Positions 24,888 to 37,696 of a stretch of DNA of 64,000 nucleotides are shown here, in pieces. Position 1 is the first letter of the stretch, and the number at the start of each line of letters is the position of its first letter. Where the stretch lies: positions 62,001-126,000 of the forward strand of contig BCGN01000001.1 in the NCBI GenBank assembly GCA_001599295.1, given 5' to 3'. A program made the translations under genes and the position numbers. The DNA comes from Sporopachydermia quercuum. Lineage: Eukaryota. The notes beneath the pieces are model-generated. The model was not told the origin of the DNA and searched no databases. It was given only the letters and a program-made list of their open reading frames with translations.

Positions 24888-25529
24888 CTAATCCCTGGAG
24901 CTGATAATAGCTCTCTTCAATCCACACCATCCAGTAGCAACCGCACCAATAACAGCTGATGAAATAGCCATTGGCCGCAGACCTTTAGTACTTCGGAAAA
25001 TGGCTCCCGAAATAAAACCAGCAGCAATAGAATTAAGATCATCATGTTTACCTCTAAATCCATCAATAGCACTGTTAACTAGATTGTAGATCATAGCACA
25101 TACACCAGCGCTGTTACCAATGAAAGGACCACGTCTAGTGATAGAGTTGAGCACAGTATTTATCTTCAGCTTGGTTGGTTGACCAGCTTTGATTGCAGAC
25201 AAACCTTCTGTTAAACCATAAGCACCACCAGTACCCAATCCCAGTAAATAAACCGTACCAGTACCGTAACAAAGATCATCGGTCCAACCTCTCGAAGGGA
25301 TGATAGCGTCATGTCCTTGTAATGTTGATAAACCATCATCTTCTAAATCCAAAAACTCTAAATCTTTGCCAACTCCTGCTAAAGGATGCAATTTTTCAAA
25401 GTCAACAGATTGTGAAAGAAATGAGTTAACATCTTGAACTGCTGAAGGATCAAATCCTAATGCTTGTGAAGACCCTGTTTCAGAGATGGTCTCTTCCTTC
25501 TTTTTACTACCGCCTAAAAGCCACGACAT
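24888..25529 (-). CDS. TIM23: Mitochondrial inner-membrane translocase subunit Tim23
   Basis: LHPLAG, PSRGWTDDLCYGTGTVYLLGLGTGG and LNSITRRGPFIGNSAG motifs. Confidence 0.96.
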   Translation of the reverse strand: MSWLLGGSKKKEETISETGSSQALGFDPSAVQDVNSFLSQSVDFEKLHPLAGVGKDLEFLDLEDDGLSTLQGHDAIIPSRGWTDDLCYGTGTVYLLGLGTGGAYGLTEGLSAIKAGQPTKLKINTVLNSITRRGPFIGNSAGVCAMIYNLVNSAIDGFRGKHDDLNSIAAGFISGAIFRSTKGLRPMAISSAVIGAVATGWCGLKRAIISSRD

Positions 25530-26754
25530 CTTGTGCCTATTCTATATTGTGTGTTGTTGTATGTATGCTAAATAGGAAAAAATCCCTTATGATGGAAATT
25601 TTCAATCTGGCGTATTGGTTCCGTTTGATCAAGCTCGTTGAATGCAAAGTTCGCTTCCTTTATTGTCTATATTCATCTATCCGTAGAAATACTGGCAACC
25701 CTGTCCACACAACCGGCAGCGTATCACTATATCACATAAATCAAGCAAGTTCTTCTAAAGTAAGACTTCGGTGCTATGAACACTTAAATCAGTATATTTG
25801 AATATCGTTAATTTTGCTAATAGAGGGACCAACAATAAGTATATTTTCCTCCTTTTCCGGTTCTGAGGAAAGCGAAAAATTGAANAAAGTGAAAAATTGT
25901 TATGTCAGGACAAGACTGACAAGACATATCACTGATATTCTATTGCCACAATAACTTACCAAGAAACGTGACTTAATTTTCTGATGAGATGAGTCTTGTA
26001 GACAAAATAGTATGACATATGACATATAGGTGTATGGGTGATGTGTACTTAATAATTTTTCAGTCCTGAAGATTAATGGAAGAACTTCCGTAATTAGGTT
26101 ATTTGGAGTGAGCTGTCATGTTAGAAAGATGGTAGGTAATGAGACTCAACGGGTATCTAATTCAGGNGGGCTGATCGTGAGATTTAGGGAAGAAACTGCT
26201 ACTGGAAAGTTCAAGAGATTGTTGAGTTTTTAAAAGCCGAAGTTTGAACTTAATATACCAGAGTAATCATGTCAAAAGCCGGAAATTGACTCTGATGGCT
26301 TAATGGGTGAATTGTCTGTATATCTTAAAGAACAATCAAGCTGAATGAAATTGGGCTGTAAAAGAAGATTCGATGGGTAAGGAAAGGTGTGCTAGAAGAA
26401 GGAAGACATGATGTAGTTCAGAAAAATAACAATGGTTAATTCAAGATTAACTTGGTACATTAATTGTAGTGTTTAGTTACCTTAAACCGCAAAATAAAAT
26501 TCGAATTTCAGTTTAACTGTTTGTGTAGATGGCTTATGATGATAAATTGACTAATGTTACTATTGTATAATGGCTTCTTAATTACAGGTAACTAATGATA
26601 AGTAACTATGTTAGACATGGAATACCAAACGTGAAGATCATGATAAACCTTGGACTACAGAATCAACCCAATATATGTCAGAGTTGTANTTCAATCTTAC
26701 TTATTACGATCCAAGTTCTAAGTACATTTACGTCTCGTATTAGCGACGTCTCAT

Positions 26755-26861
<107 letters not shown>

Positions 26862-29077
26862 CTCAGCCCTAGCTAATCAGACAATCTAGATTCACTTGTC
26901 AATCTTGACACTAGCGATCTTTCCCTATAAAGCTGGTTTTATTAGAAACGCATATATCCTCTCATCACTGGAAATTAATACCCCAGTTTTACGGCTCCTG
27001 CCTTTTGATACAAGATCTCGTCTTGCTTGAATGATGATGATTCCCTTGAACAATTTAGTTTTTTTTCAGTACTTGTAGTTTTCACCAAAATGTGTTTTCG
27101 ATCCGTCTGTACAAATCTAATTGAACGATCTTGTATTAAATTTCCAATTCACTTAACACATCATTATTTAAGATTATCTATCTGCCCTTGATTTCTAGCA
27201 TTATCTACTCATCTCTTTCAATTACTTGGTAATATTCTCTTTATCGCCGATTCGTTGGGCATAAATTATAAGAGAAAATGTTGGGGTCCTAATAACGGAC
27301 TCTGTCCGAGTGTCCTAATAGTAGTCCTGTTTAACTTGGTGTTGCGTTTGACTAAGCGGGGAAAACTGCATAAAAAATAGAAAATGCGATTATTTTGTAT
27401 GAGTTTGGTTATTTATAATATAAGATGTGCCTACTTTGGGAACTATTCTACTATTTAATTAGAAGCAAATAATGCTGAATGGTTAGGAAACAGTATAACA
27501 TATTTACATGAGGCTATTATTAACGGTTGTGAGCTTTGCTTTGAATAAGATGCATGTGGGAATATGTGATGTTGAAAAACATGCATAATACTGCATGCTG
27601 ATAAAAACGGAGATGTCATCTAGAGACTACTATAATAACAACAACGAGACACCAAAAACAATTTTTATTTCACACTTTTTTTAAATAGGTACGAATATTA
27701 TCCCTCTAATAAGGAGGTGCNATAATTAATACACCCCAATATCAACAATTAGATCAACTTCTACCGACCAAACCCTTTGAATTCGACACGCCCTCCAGAT
27801 TCGTCTAGTGCTGTCCTACATATCATGCATGAAATCCTAAACCCAATTCATATTTCCAGTCTCCAGTATGCCCCCTATAGATTCTTTCAGTTCTTCATAT
27901 ATCTCCATCTTCACACCACATACAACTAGTTACTGCTCTTCATACAATCTCCTCTTATTCCATTAATCTATATTTCCACTTTCAATCTTGCAACAATTTT
28001 ATTTCACATCTTCCTTTTTTCCTTTCGTTGCCTATAAAAATCTGTTCGACATTCATCCCACCACTCGTATATCAAGCTGCCAAACTCAATTTCTGTTGGC
28101 TCTCCATGTAATTGTTAAAGTTGATTTCCCGGTTTTTGAAATACATTTTATTCCGTACACATACCATTTCGCAATCGTTTATTTACAGCATTTCTTCAAA
28201 AAAACGTCATCAACAGTGTCAATTTCTACTATATTTCTCNTGTTTGAGGAGAATTGTCTCTAGAGAATCAGCTCTGTATTGCCCTAATTTCAACCTAATG
28301 AAGACATAAGAAGCCGGGCTGCGCTTCATTGTACCTTAAACACTCCTTCCGTTCACTCTCTTCCTATGTAACCAATACGGTAAGCGTAAGCCTCCCATTT
28401 CCTCACGCGTCCGTTAAGCGTTTCATTAAGTTGGTTTCGAGCGACACGTAAGAATGAAAAATATGATATACGGGAATAGAAACGTAGTTTCACTATAAAC
28501 AATCTTTCCAGCTAACAAGTAATGTATTATTGGATTAATTGCTACAGTTTTATATATACTAAGACTAGTACTGTACTTGTTGTATTCTGTTCGTCTTCCT
28601 CTATATCCAGGTTGTATCACAGGTTCGATAGCTTTTCCGTTCTCATTTCTCAACACATCTTACTGTTGGTGTTTTCCCATTGTCCATTAAATTACCTTAG
28701 ACTGTATCAAGTTGTTGTTTGACAAATCATTAAACGCAACGCGATACTTGAGCCTTTACAAGGTTGGGATTAACAATAGAAATAAAAGTGATTCTACGGT
28801 GCTAAGAAGGAAACTGCATGATATCGGGTTGACATTGTATTTCAAAAGTTCAGTACCAGTATCAGTATCAGCATCTTATTTGCATTGGTTCAATATTGGA
28901 AACCTGAGATTGAAATCGACATCATCAACATCGAAATCAATATTAACCGCAAGATTACCATTTGTATATAACTATAGCTATAACTATAACTTGAAGGGTA
29001 ATTGTCTCAGCAGTCGATTTGGAACCCCATCTAATAACCATTCAATCCACACAACACCTACAACACAAGCAGCAAAT

Positions 29078-32000
29078 ATGGCTTCAGTGATTTACTCCCA
29101 CGATAAACTGCCTCCCCATTTCATTGGGTTGAACACTATTGATCGGGCTGAACCAGGACCAGTTCGTGAATTTGTTCAGTCTCATGGCGGTCATACTGTT
29201 ATCACCAAGGTTCTTATTGCGAATAATGGTATTGCTGCTGTTAAAATGATTCGCTCAGTTCGAAAATGGGCTTACGAAACATTCAATAACGAAAAAGCTA
29301 TTCAATTTGTCGCCATGGCCACTCCTGAAGATTTGGAAGCCAATGCCGATTACATTAGAATGGCTGACCAATACATTGAAGTCCCCGGTGGAACTAATAA
29401 TAATAATTATGCTAACGTTGAACTTATTGTTGACGTTGCTGAAAGAACCGACGTTAATGCTGTTTGGGCCGGTTGGGGTCATGCTTCAGAAAACCCAAAA
29501 TTGCCAGAAATGCTGGCCGCTTCTCCAAAGAGAATCCTNTTCATTGGTCCTCCTGGTTCCGCTATGCGCTCTTTAGGTGATAAAATCTCTTCTACTATTG
29601 TTGCTCAGCATGCCAAGGTCCCCTGTATTCCATGGTCTGGTACTGGTGTTGAGGAAGTTTTAGTTGACGAAAAGACTAATCTAGTATCAGTTACTGATGA
29701 GGTATATCAAAAGGGATGTTGTACATCTCCACAAGATGGTTTGAAAAAGGCCAAAGAAATTGGTTTTCCTATTATGATTAAAGCCTCTGAAGGTGGTGGT
29801 GGTAAAGGTATTCGGAAGGTCGAGAGAGAAGAAGATTTTTTATTAATGTATGATCAAGCAGCATCCGAGATTCCTGGTTCACCGATTTTCATTATGCAGT
29901 TGGCTGGTGATGCCCGTCATTTAGAAGTACAATTACTTGCTGATGAATACGGTAATAATATTTCCTTGTTTGGTCGTGACTGCTCTGTTCAAAGAAGACA
30001 TCAAAAGATTATCGAAGAAGCCCCAGTAACTATAGCCAAACCTGATACTTTCACAGCTATGGAAAAAGCTGCAGTTAGATTGGGTAAATTAGTAGGCTAT
30101 GTTTCTGCTGGTACTGTCGAATACCTTTACTCTTATAAGGACGACAAGTTTTACTTCTTAGAGCTGAATCCTCGTTTACAAGTAGAACATCCTACTACCG
30201 AAATGGTCACCGGTGTGAATTTACCTGCCGCTCAATTACAAATTGCCATGGGTATCCCGTTACATCGAGTAAGAGACATTAGATTGTTATATGGTGTTGA
30301 TCCTCATACTGCTACCGAAATTGACTTTGAATTCTCCACTGAATTATCTAAGAAGACCCAAAGAAAACCTGTGCCCAAGGGACACACCACTGCTTGTCGT
30401 ATTACTTCTGAAGACCCTGGCGAGGGATTCAAGCCTTCTAGTGGTATGATGCATGAGCTGAACTTCCGATCGAGTTCTAACGTTTGGGGTTATTTCTCTG
30501 TCAGTAACCAGGGTGGAATTCATTCGTTTTCTGACTCACAATTTGGTCACATTTTTGCCTTTGGTGAAAATCGTCAAGCCTCTCGTAAACATATGGTTGT
30601 AGCTCTAAAGGAGTTGAGCATTAGAGGTGATTTCAGAACTACTGTCGAATACTTGATCAAGTTGTTAGAAACACCAGCTTTTGAAGGGAATAAGATCACA
30701 ACTGGTTGGCTTGATGAATTAATCTCTAAGAAGCTCACCGCTGAAAGGCCCGACTCACACTTGGCAGTTATTTGTGGTGCAGTCACTAAAGCGCACATTG
30801 CTTATGATGAAAGCATCAAAGGCTATATTAACTCTTTAGAAAGAGGTCAGGTATCACCTGCAGACACTCTCAAGACGATTTTCCCGGTGGATTTCATTTA
30901 TGAAGGTGTTAAATACAAGTTCACTGCTACCAAGTCATCCTTAGATACATATACATTATTTGTCAATGGAAGTAAATGCCAGGTTGGTGTTCGAGCTCTT
31001 GCTGATAGCGGTTTATTGATATCCATTGGTGGTAAGTCCCATAATGTGTACTGGAAGAAGGAAGCTGCTGGCACGAGATTGTCTGTTGATTCAATGACCT
31101 GTTTATTAGAAGTTGAATCCGATCCAACCCAGTTGAAGACACCATCTCCTGGTAAGCTGGTTAAGTATTTAGTAGAAAATGGTGATCATATCAAGGCAGG
31201 TCAACCTTTTGCTGAAGTGGAGGTGATGAAGATGTTCATGCCTTTAGTTGCTCAAGAAGACGGTATTGTCCAGCTAATCAAACAGCCAGGATCAACTCTG
31301 AATGCTGGTGATATATTGGCTATTTTGGCTTTAGACGATCCTTCAAAGGTGAAACATGCTTTGCCCTATGAAGGCACCTTACCGGAATTTGGAGCTCCTA
31401 AGATTTCTGGTGATAAGCCTTCTCAGAAATACAGATTGTTATATTCTACTTTAGAGAACATTCTTATGGGTTTTGACAATCAAGTCGTGATGAAGCCAAC
31501 ATTAGCGGCTTTGATTGAAGTATTAAGAGACCCTGAATTACCTTACTCATCATGGCTTGCAAAAGTGTCTGCTTTACACAGCAGATTACCGGCCGAGTTA
31601 GATGCCACTTTGAACAGTTTAGTGGAGAAAGCAAGCCACCGAAAGGTTGAGTTCCCCGCTAAGCAAATATTAAAAGCCATTAAGAAGTTTGCTGCTGAAC
31701 AAAAAGTGGATCATGCATTCAAAGATGCTGTTGCACCATTGATTGAAATCGCCGAAGAATTCTCTGAAGGTTTACTTGTTCATGAGTATAAAGTATTTGC
31801 TGGCTTACTAGAAGAATACTATAAAGTTGAGCAGTTATTCTGTGGACAAAATGTTCGTGATGACGATGTTATTTTGAGGCTTCGTGACGAAAATAAGGAT
31901 GATCTATTCAAGGTTGTGTTGACAGTGTTATCACACTCTAAATGCAGTTCAAAGAACAACTTGATTCTTGCTATTCTTAATGAGTATCAACCATCAAAAA

Positions 32001-35000
32001 TTAATCACGGTAATGTCTCAACATACTTCAAACCTGTGTTAAAGAAGTTTGTTGAACTAGAATCTCGATCGTCAGCTAAAGTTGTTTTNAAAGCAAGAGA
32101 AATCCTTATTCAATGCGCGTTACCTTCTTTGAAAGAACGCAGTGATCAATTAGAGCATATTTTGAAATCATCAGTGATGGAAACGAGCTATGGATCTGTT
32201 GGTTTATCTCATCGATCACCTGAATTCGAGGTGCTGAAAGACGTTATTGATTCCAAATTCACAGTTTTTGACGTGTTATCGCAATTCTTAAACCATTCTG
32301 ATCCTTATGTAGCCATTGCTGCTATGGAAGTGTATGTGAGAAGAGCTTACAGGGCTTATATCGTTAGTGATATCAAGTATATCAATGACGATGAAGGTGC
32401 CCCTGTTATCAACTGGAAGTTCAAGTTACCAACGTTAGCTGCTGCTGCTTATAATGCAGTTGCTCCTAATGCTATTCGAACTGGTCAAGGCAATATGGGA
32501 AGAGCATTATCGGTGTCGGATTTGACTTATGTTAGTACTGGTAATAAGTCCGATAGCGAGCCAATGAGAAATGGTGTTATTACTGCTGCTTCTCATATCG
32601 ATGAGTTGGATGAAGCTCTATCAAGGGCTTTGGACGCTACCCCGAAGAAATCGTTGTCTATCAATGCTGTTCGCAACAATATTCTGAACCCAAGAGATNC
32701 TCGTGACAATTCGCCTCCTATCAGTGCTAAGGAGCTGACGAATGTCTGTAATGTTGTTATTAGTAGTATTGATGGTTATGAAACTGACGCTGATGTGTTA
32801 GATAAGATTCAAGAATTCATAAAGGATGCTAAAGATGATTTACTTGCTGGCTCCATCAGAAGATTGACTTTTGTTCTAGCCAATGATTTAGGTAAATACC
32901 CNAAGTACTATACTTTCCGTGGTCCTGAATACAAAGAAGATAAGGCAATTAGACATATTGAACCAGCTTTGGCGTATCAATTGGAACTTCGAAGACTTTC
33001 CAACTTTAACATCAAGCCAGTTTTTACTGACAATAGAAACATTCATGTATATGAAGCTGTTGCTAAGAATTCCAGCACTGATAAGCGGTTCTTTACTAGA
33101 GGTATTGTTCGACCTGGCAANATCCGTGATGACATTACTACTGCTGAATATCTTATTTCTGAGGCTGATAGATTGATGAGTGATATTTTGGATGCTTTAG
33201 AAGTTATTGGCACAACCAACTCTGATCTTAACCATATTTTCATCAACTTCTCTGCTGTGTTCAGTCTTGTTCCTGAAGAGGTTGAAGCTGCTTTTGGTGG
33301 ATTCTTGGAAAGATTTGGTAGAAGGTTATGGAGATTAAGAGTCACTGCTGCTGAAATTAGAATCATGTGTACTGACCCTGCCACAGGTGTTCCTTTCCCC
33401 TTAAGAGCCATGATTAACAATGTATCTGGTTATGTTGTAACCAGTGAATTATACGTTGAAGCCAAAAACTCTGATGGAGAATGGGTTTTCAAGTCTCTCG
33501 GTAGGCCTGGTAGTATGCATATGAGAAGTATCTCAACTCCTTATCCTACAAAGGAGTGGCTACAACCCAAAAGATACAGTGCTCATTTGATGGGGACCAC
33601 TTACTGCTATGATTTCCCTGAATTGTTCCGACAGGCTGTTTTATCCTCTTGGCATAATTACAACTCCAAAGCTAAAATTCCTGATGATTTTTTCTCATAT
33701 AAGGAATTAATTCTTGAGCAAGGAACTGAACTTTCTGAAGTNTCAAGGGAACCTGGGGCCAATACTTGTGGTATGGTTGCTTGGAAGTTGTTCATGAAAA
33801 CACCGGAATACCCACGGGGAAGAGAGATTATTGTTGTTGCTAATGATATCACTTTTAAGATTGGTTCCTTTGGTCCCGAAGAAGATAAGATGTTCAACAA
33901 GGTAACTGAATTCGCTAGAGAGTTAGGAATTCCCAGAATCTACTTGTCAGCGAACTCCGGTGCACGAATTGGTATTGCCGATGAGCTTATCCCATTGTTC
34001 TCAGTTGCATGGAATGATGCTGAAAACCCTGATAGGGGCTTCAGATACTTATACCTTACTCCTGATGTAAAGAAGAGTATGGATAAGCAAAATGTCACTT
34101 CTTGTATTACTACTAAGATTGTTGAAGATGGTGAGGAAAGATATAGAATTGATGCTATNGTTGGTGCTGAAGACGGTCTTGGTGTTGAATGTTTAAGAGG
34201 ATCAGGTCTTATTGCTGGTGCTACTTCTCGGGCATACAAAGACATTTTCACAATTACCTTGGTCACTTGTAGATCTGTTGGTATTGGTGCTTATTTAGTC
34301 AGATTAGGTCAAAGAGCCATTCAAATTGAAGGTCAGCCTATTATCTTGACTGGTGCTCCAGCCATCAATAAATTATTGGGTAGAGATGTATATAGTAGTA
34401 ATTTGCAACTGGGTGGCACCCAAATCATGTACAGAAATGGTGTTTCTCACTTGACTGCTAATGATGATTTAGAAGGTGTTGAGCAAATCGTTGAATGGCT
34501 GTCTTATGTTCCTTCAAAGAAGGGTATGCCTGTTCCCGTGTTAGAATCAGAAGACACTTGGGACAGGGATGTGGACTACATACCTATCAAAAGTGAACCT
34601 TATGATGTCCGTTGGTTAATTTCTGGCAGAGAAACTGAAGATGGATTTGAATATGGTTTGTTTGATAAGGGATCCTTTAGAGAAACATTAGGTGGATGGG
34701 CTAAGGGTGTTGTGGTTGGCCGCGCAAGATTAGGTGGTATACCTATTGGTATAATTGGAGTTGAAACTAAGACAATTGAGAACTTATCACCTGCTGATCC
34801 TGCTAATCCCGGCTCAACTGAGAATCTAATTCAAGAAGCTGGTCAAGTTTGGTATCCTAACTCTGCTTTCAAGACCGCCCAAGCTATCAATGATTTCAAC
34901 AATGGTGAGGAGTTACCATTGATGATCTTAGCCAACTGGAGAGGTTTCTCTGGTGGTCAAAGAGATATGTACAACGAAGTGTTAAAATACGGTTCGTTTA

Positions 35001-35785
35001 TTGTTGATGCCCTCGTTAACTTCAAGCAGCCAATTATGATTTATATTCCACCCACTGGTGAACTACGTGGTGGCTCATGGGTCGTTGTTGATCCAACCAT
35101 TAACCCTGATATGATGGAAATGTATGCTGACTATGAATCAAGAGCCGGTGTCTTGGAACCAGAAGGAATGGTTGGTATTAAATATAGAAGAGAGAAGTTG
35201 ATTAGGACAATGTCCAGATTAGATGCAAAATACAAGGAACTGAAGAGCAAGATTGAGAACAGTGAAACACCTGCTGAAGAACTTTCTAAATTAAAGGCAG
35301 CCCTTGTCGAAAGAGAAAAGGAATTGTATCCTATTTATCAACAAATATCTGTTCAGTTTGCTGATTTGCACGATAGAGCTGATAGAATGGTTGCCAAGGG
35401 TGCTATCAGAAAGGCTCTCAAGTGGAGAGATTCTCGAAGATTCTTCTTCTGGAGATTGAGAAGACGTTTGAATGAAGAATACTTGTTGAAGAGAATTGCT
35501 ACTGCTTTACCTAGATCTACTAGACTCGAAAGGGTTGCCAGACTCAAGTCCTGGTATCCTGGTAAAATCGATCTCAATAACGACCAAGAGGTTGCTCTAT
35601 GGATCGAAGAAAATCATTTGGCTATTGATGACCTTGTCAAGAGCTTGCAATCTGATTCTGTTCATCAGTTCGTTGAAACCTATGTTCGCCTGAATAGAGC
35701 CAATGCCCTTGAAGGTCTTGCTAAGGCCTTGAAGAATTTCAGCCCTGAAGAACAAGAAGAATTGTTCAGAGCTGTGCAAAACTGA
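29078..35785 (+). CDS. ACC1: Acetyl-CoA carboxylase (BC-BCCP-CT). First in-frame AUG is at 29078; the frame stays open upstream to 28691
   Basis: [24 protein letters not shown], biotinylation motif EVMKM, Snf1-site motif RALSVSDL, and [13 protein letters not shown]. Confidence 0.98.
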   Translation: MASVIYSHDKLPPHFIGLNTIDRAEPGPVREFVQSHGGHTVITKVLIANNGIAAVKMIRSVRKWAYETFNNEKAIQFVAMATPEDLEANADYIRMADQYIEVPGGTNNNNYANVELIVDVAERTDVNAVWAGWGHASENPKLPEMLAASPKRIXFIGPPGSAMRSLGDKISSTIVAQHAKVPCIPWSGTGVEEVLVDEKTNLVSVTDEVYQKGCCTSPQDGLKKAKEIGFPIMIKASEGGGGKGIRKVEREEDFLLMYDQAASEIPGSPIFIMQLAGDARHLEVQLLADEYGNNISLFGRDCSVQRRHQKIIEEAPVTIAKPDTFTAMEKAAVRLGKLVGYVSAGTVEYLYSYKDDKFYFLELNPRLQVEHPTTEMVTGVNLPAAQLQIAMGIPLHRVRDIRLLYGVDPHTATEIDFEFSTELSKKTQRKPVPKGHTTACRITSEDPGEGFKPSSGMMHELNFRSSSNVWGYFSVSNQGGIHSFSDSQFGHIFAFGENRQASRKHMVVALKELSIRGDFRTTVEYLIKLLETPAFEGNKITTGWLDELISKKLTAERPDSHLAVICGAVTKAHIAYDESIKGYINSLERGQVSPADTLKTIFPVDFIYEGVKYKFTATKSSLDTYTLFVNGSKCQVGVRALADSGLLISIGGKSHNVYWKKEAAGTRLSVDSMTCLLEVESDPTQLKTPSPGKLVKYLVENGDHIKAGQPFAEVEVMKMFMPLVAQEDGIVQLIKQPGSTLNAGDILAILALDDPSKVKHALPYEGTLPEFGAPKISGDKPSQKYRLLYSTLENILMGFDNQVVMKPTLAALIEVLRDPELPYSSWLAKVSALHSRLPAELDATLNSLVEKASHRKVEFPAKQILKAIKKFAAEQKVDHAFKDAVAPLIEIAEEFSEGLLVHEYKVFAGLLEEYYKVEQLFCGQNVRDDDVILRLRDENKDDLFKVVLTVLSHSKCSSKNNLILAILNEYQPSKINHGNVSTYFKPVLKKFVELESRSSAKVVXKAREILIQCALPSLKERSDQLEHILKSSVMETSYGSVGLSHRSPEFEVLKDVIDSKFTVFDVLSQFLNHSDPYVAIAAMEVYVRRAYRAYIVSDIKYINDDEGAPVINWKFKLPTLAAAAYNAVAPNAIRTGQGNMGRALSVSDLTYVSTGNKSDSEPMRNGVITAASHIDELDEALSRALDATPKKSLSINAVRNNILNPRDXRDNSPPISAKELTNVCNVVISSIDGYETDADVLDKIQEFIKDAKDDLLAGSIRRLTFVLANDLGKYXKYYTFRGPEYKEDKAIRHIEPALAYQLELRRLSNFNIKPVFTDNRNIHVYEAVAKNSSTDKRFFTRGIVRPGXIRDDITTAEYLISEADRLMSDILDALEVIGTTNSDLNHIFINFSAVFSLVPEEVEAAFGGFLERFGRRLWRLRVTAAEIRIMCTDPATGVPFPLRAMINNVSGYVVTSELYVEAKNSDGEWVFKSLGRPGSMHMRSISTPYPTKEWLQPKRYSAHLMGTTYCYDFPELFRQAVLSSWHNYNSKAKIPDDFFSYKELILEQGTELSEXSREPGANTCGMVAWKLFMKTPEYPRGREIIVVANDITFKIGSFGPEEDKMFNKVTEFARELGIPRIYLSANSGARIGIADELIPLFSVAWNDAENPDRGFRYLYLTPDVKKSMDKQNVTSCITTKIVEDGEERYRIDAXVGAEDGLGVECLRGSGLIAGATSRAYKDIFTITLVTCRSVGIGAYLVRLGQRAIQIEGQPIILTGAPAINKLLGRDVYSSNLQLGGTQIMYRNGVSHLTANDDLEGVEQIVEWLSYVPSKKGMPVPVLESEDTWDRDVDYIPIKSEPYDVRWLISGRETEDGFEYGLFDKGSFRETLGGWAKGVVVGRARLGGIPIGIIGVETKTIENLSPADPANPGSTENLIQEAGQVWYPNSAFKTAQAINDFNNGEELPLMILANWRGFSGGQRDMYNEVLKYGSFIVDALVNFKQPIMIYIPPTGELRGGSWVVVDPTINPDMMEMYADYESRAGVLEPEGMVGIKYRREKLIRTMSRLDAKYKELKSKIENSETPAEELSKLKAALVEREKELYPIYQQISVQFADLHDRADRMVAKGAIRKALKWRDSRRFFFWRLRRRLNEEYLLKRIATALPRSTRLERVARLKSWYPGKIDLNNDQEVALWIEENHLAIDDLVKSLQSDSVHQFVETYVRLNRANALEGLAKALKNFSPEEQEELFRAVQN

Positions 35786-36351
35786 TTGCACTTTCTTTCT
35801 CCTTTACTCATGTCTCTACTTACATCCGAATCCTATTTGTCATTCCCTACCTTTTAATTGTTTGACCTTGATTTATATTTAACTCACCTTTTATAGATGG
35901 CATCGTTGTGTTGTCCAATGATTTTTAATTGATTGTATACGTTTTAATATGATGTCTTATGTTTATTGATAATGTGAAATAGTATTTCTGATGTTTGTGG
36001 TTAGTTGATGTAAACAAAGCATTCACGTTTGTGATAATTGGATAGATTACCTTTTGAAGAGTTTGTATTCCTCAACCTGTTTGATGACATTTCTACTTGT
36101 TTACGACGGGAGGAAGTTTACAAAATTATTTTTGTATTATAAATTATGACATTATGACTGCTACTTACCTGATTACTCTTGTTCTTTAATTGTTAGTCGG
36201 AAATTACCCTTTATATGCCGATTCAAAAGTGATTTTTCATTGGTGAATAACTACAAAGCTGAAAACTGATTTGGTATATACTAAAAGGATAGAAAAAGAG
36301 AGTTAATTTGGAGACAAAGAGCGAAGAGTAAATGATAGTTTGTTGTTCAAG

Positions 36352-37696
36352 ATGATCATGGTATACAAGTTGATATGCGTATTGGGTCTGTTCTCAGGAT
36401 TGGCATTTGGAGAAAGACCAAGTCATGTTATTCAGCTTAGAGATAATACAGAATTGAGTCAAGTGCTACCAATGTTTGCTGATTTGTTGGGATTGGCCGC
36501 CGACTTTACTGGATATTCGTTTGGTAGCTTCAGGGCTTTTGCTGGAGTATTAACCAAGCCAATGCTTCAAATATTAGCAACAAATCCACTGGTAAGATCG
36601 CACAAAGGAGAGCTCCCAAATGGAACATTAAAGTCAATATATCGATGAAATTAACAAGAGTTATCAGGTTGAAGAAATATCTCCCAACATTGATGTCTAC
36701 ATTGCAGAAGTACAGGCTGAAGCACCTAGACACTTGGCGAGAGTATCCTCAAGAAGACCCATCAGACAAACCCCCTATAAATATGTTTACCATGAAGATG
36801 GCCTAGGAGTAAATGTATACATTATCGATACTGGTATCAACAAGGATCATGTTGAGTTTGAAGGAAGAGTGTACCAAGAGATAGATTTCACAGAAAGTAG
36901 AGACGGATTGGGTGATAATCATGGACATGGTAAGAGCTAACCATAGAAAAGAACATAATAGTTATCCTGAGCTTGTGTTTGAGTTAACATCAATTATAGG
37001 CACTCACGTAGCAGGGCTAGTTGGTTCAGCAACATACGGGGTTTCCAAGAAAGTTACCATAATTGATGTTAAAGCGTTAGGTGATAATGGCGGTGGGTCA
37101 CTAAGCTCTATTTTGAGTGCATTAGACTATGCAGTTAACCATTACAAGGAAAGTAATAGACCAGGTATCATTAATCTTTCGTTAGGTGCACCAAGAAATA
37201 ATGTTTTAAACCATGCAGTTAATATGGCAGTTAATTCTGGAGTTATCGTTGTCACAGCTGCAGGCAATAACAACCTGAATGCCTGTGGAATTTCACCTGC
37301 AAGTGCCCAAAAATCGCTTACTGTTGGTGCTATTGATGACAGAACAGATTCTGTCGCTTCATTTAGTAATTGGGGTGAATGTGTTGATATTTTTGCTCCT
37401 GGTGTCAACATTGAGAGTGTTGATAGAAACAGCGGTATGAATACTTACCCAAACTAACTATTCATTACTCCCAATACTAACATAAGCAAACAGAACAATC
37501 CTTAAAACTATCAGGCACATCAATGTCCTCACCAATTGTAGCTGGTATCTTGAGTACTTTTCTTGGAGCAGGTTTATCTCAATATGATGCCATAGCAAAG
37601 CTCGCTGATATCGCAACACAAGATAGTATCCCCAGATACTCGATGCTTCTCAGGCCTTATACCCCTAACATGATTGCCTTCAACGGCTACGAATGA
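36352..37696 (+). CDS. RRT12: Secreted subtilisin-family (S8) protease, Rrt12/Osw3-like spore-wall type, 4 exons: 36352-36591, 36668-36929, 37000-37434, 37494-37696
   Basis: Signal peptide, propeptide and APRHLARVS. Catalytic IIDTG, HGH|GTHVAG and LSGTSMSSPIVAG only assemble in frame after removing three introns. C-terminus RPYTPNMIAFNGYE*. The start could instead be the ATG at 36358. Confidence 0.8.

Noticed and set aside
27551..27565. UAS-INO/ICRE upstream of ACC1
   Set aside because: Only CATGTG is present (CATGTGGGAA), not CATGTGAAAT.
28712..28714. ORF-track start of ACC1 at TTG
   Set aside because: It is only the first near-cognate codon the ORF caller accepted. Homology begins at ATG 29078, and GTG 28799 gives a more presequence-like N-terminus.
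35990..36040. Ndt80 MSE-like TTTGTG words upstream of the subtilisin gene
   Set aside because: They match only the CACAAA core and not the full consensus.
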